Assembly: GCA_934148995.1 (NCBI GenBank)
Contig: CAKPDM010000004.1
Span: 17,814 to 81,813 of the forward strand
Origin: an uncultured Bacilli bacterium
Lineage (GTDB): Bacteria > Bacillota_I > Bacilli_A > RF39 > UBA660
DNA: 64,000 nt
Reading direction: 5' to 3'
The translations under genes were made by a program, and so were the position numbers. The notes under the pieces were generated by a model that ran no database searches, was not told the origin of the DNA, and was given only the letters and a program-made list of their open reading frames with translations. Each line of letters opens with the position of its first letter. Position 1 is the stretch's first letter. Below, one piece after another: positions 63,915-64,000 of the stretch.

Positions 63915-63938
63915 GAACAGTAAAGAGGTATTAGGTAT

Positions 63939-64000
63939 ATGTATAAGTATGTAAAACGTGGTATAGATTTAGTGATGGCAGTGTTATTATTAATAATTTT
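63939..64000 (+). CDS. 5' end of a bacterial sugar transferase (undecaprenyl-phosphate glycosyl-1-phosphate transferase type), truncated by the window
   Basis: MYKYVKRGIDLVMAVLLLII matches the KR.iD......l.l start of the family. RBS AAAGAGG. Confidence 0.5.
   Translation, partial: MYKYVKRGIDLVMAVLLLII

Overview
This is a visibly AT-rich, low-GC Firmicutes chromosome segment from a spore former. By gene content it looks Erysipelotrichia- or Clostridia-like, but that is a low-confidence guess. No rRNA, tRNA, CRISPR array, transposase, integrase or relaxase was recognised. (1) Positions ~600-26900 hold one same-strand supercluster of about 25 genes. It joins a Tad/Flp-type (type IVc) pilus module directly to a Gram-positive-type T4SS module. 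The Tad half has a CpaB-like SAF protein, a TadA/CpaF ATPase, two TadB/C-like platform proteins, an unannotated 51-aa Flp-like pilin, a TadE-like protein and a TadZ-like protein. The T4SS half has two T4SS-pilin-domain proteins, VirB6/TrbL-like, PrgI/VirB3-like, a VirB4 split into two ORFs, a SpoIID+C39-like cell-wall hydrolase and a VirD4 coupling protein. The cluster also carries a class-B-like sortase, a 938-aa Cys-rich secreted protein and two paralogous bookend surface proteins. A thioredoxin-fold lipoprotein is divergently transcribed at its left edge. This cluster is the main candidate for an undescribed system. (2) 27.1-32.1 kb: spoVAC-AD-AE with a sigma-G-type promoter, a Lys-rich secreted protein, a SigF/G-like sigma factor and a HipA-like kinase pair. 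(3) 32.2-37.4 kb: an ABC/FtsX transporter plus a two-component system with a direct-repeat operator, followed by a decayed Fic gene. (4) 37.9-43.0 kb: the conserved rlmN-stp-prkC-rsgA-rpe block. (5) 43-51.5 kb: miscellaneous envelope genes, a G9 tract upstream of a surface protein gene, and a PD-(D/E)XK Rpn-like gene with a partial tandem duplicate. (6) 52.1-55.5 kb: radC-mreC-mreD-spoIVFA-like-spoIVFB. (7) 55.5-56.7 kb: a 1.25-kb non-coding stretch built from tandem ~400-bp cassettes. Each intact cassette encodes a 22-aa hydrophobic peptide with fold-back RNA structure and a possible convergent antisense RNA, which resembles a type I toxin-antitoxin. (8) 56.8-61.3 kb: a BceRS-BceAB-like module. 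(9) 61.7-64.0 kb: the start of a capsule/EPS locus (Wzz-like, BY-kinase, PHP phosphatase, sugar transferase). All functional calls come from motif recognition and gene context by eye. No database search was run.
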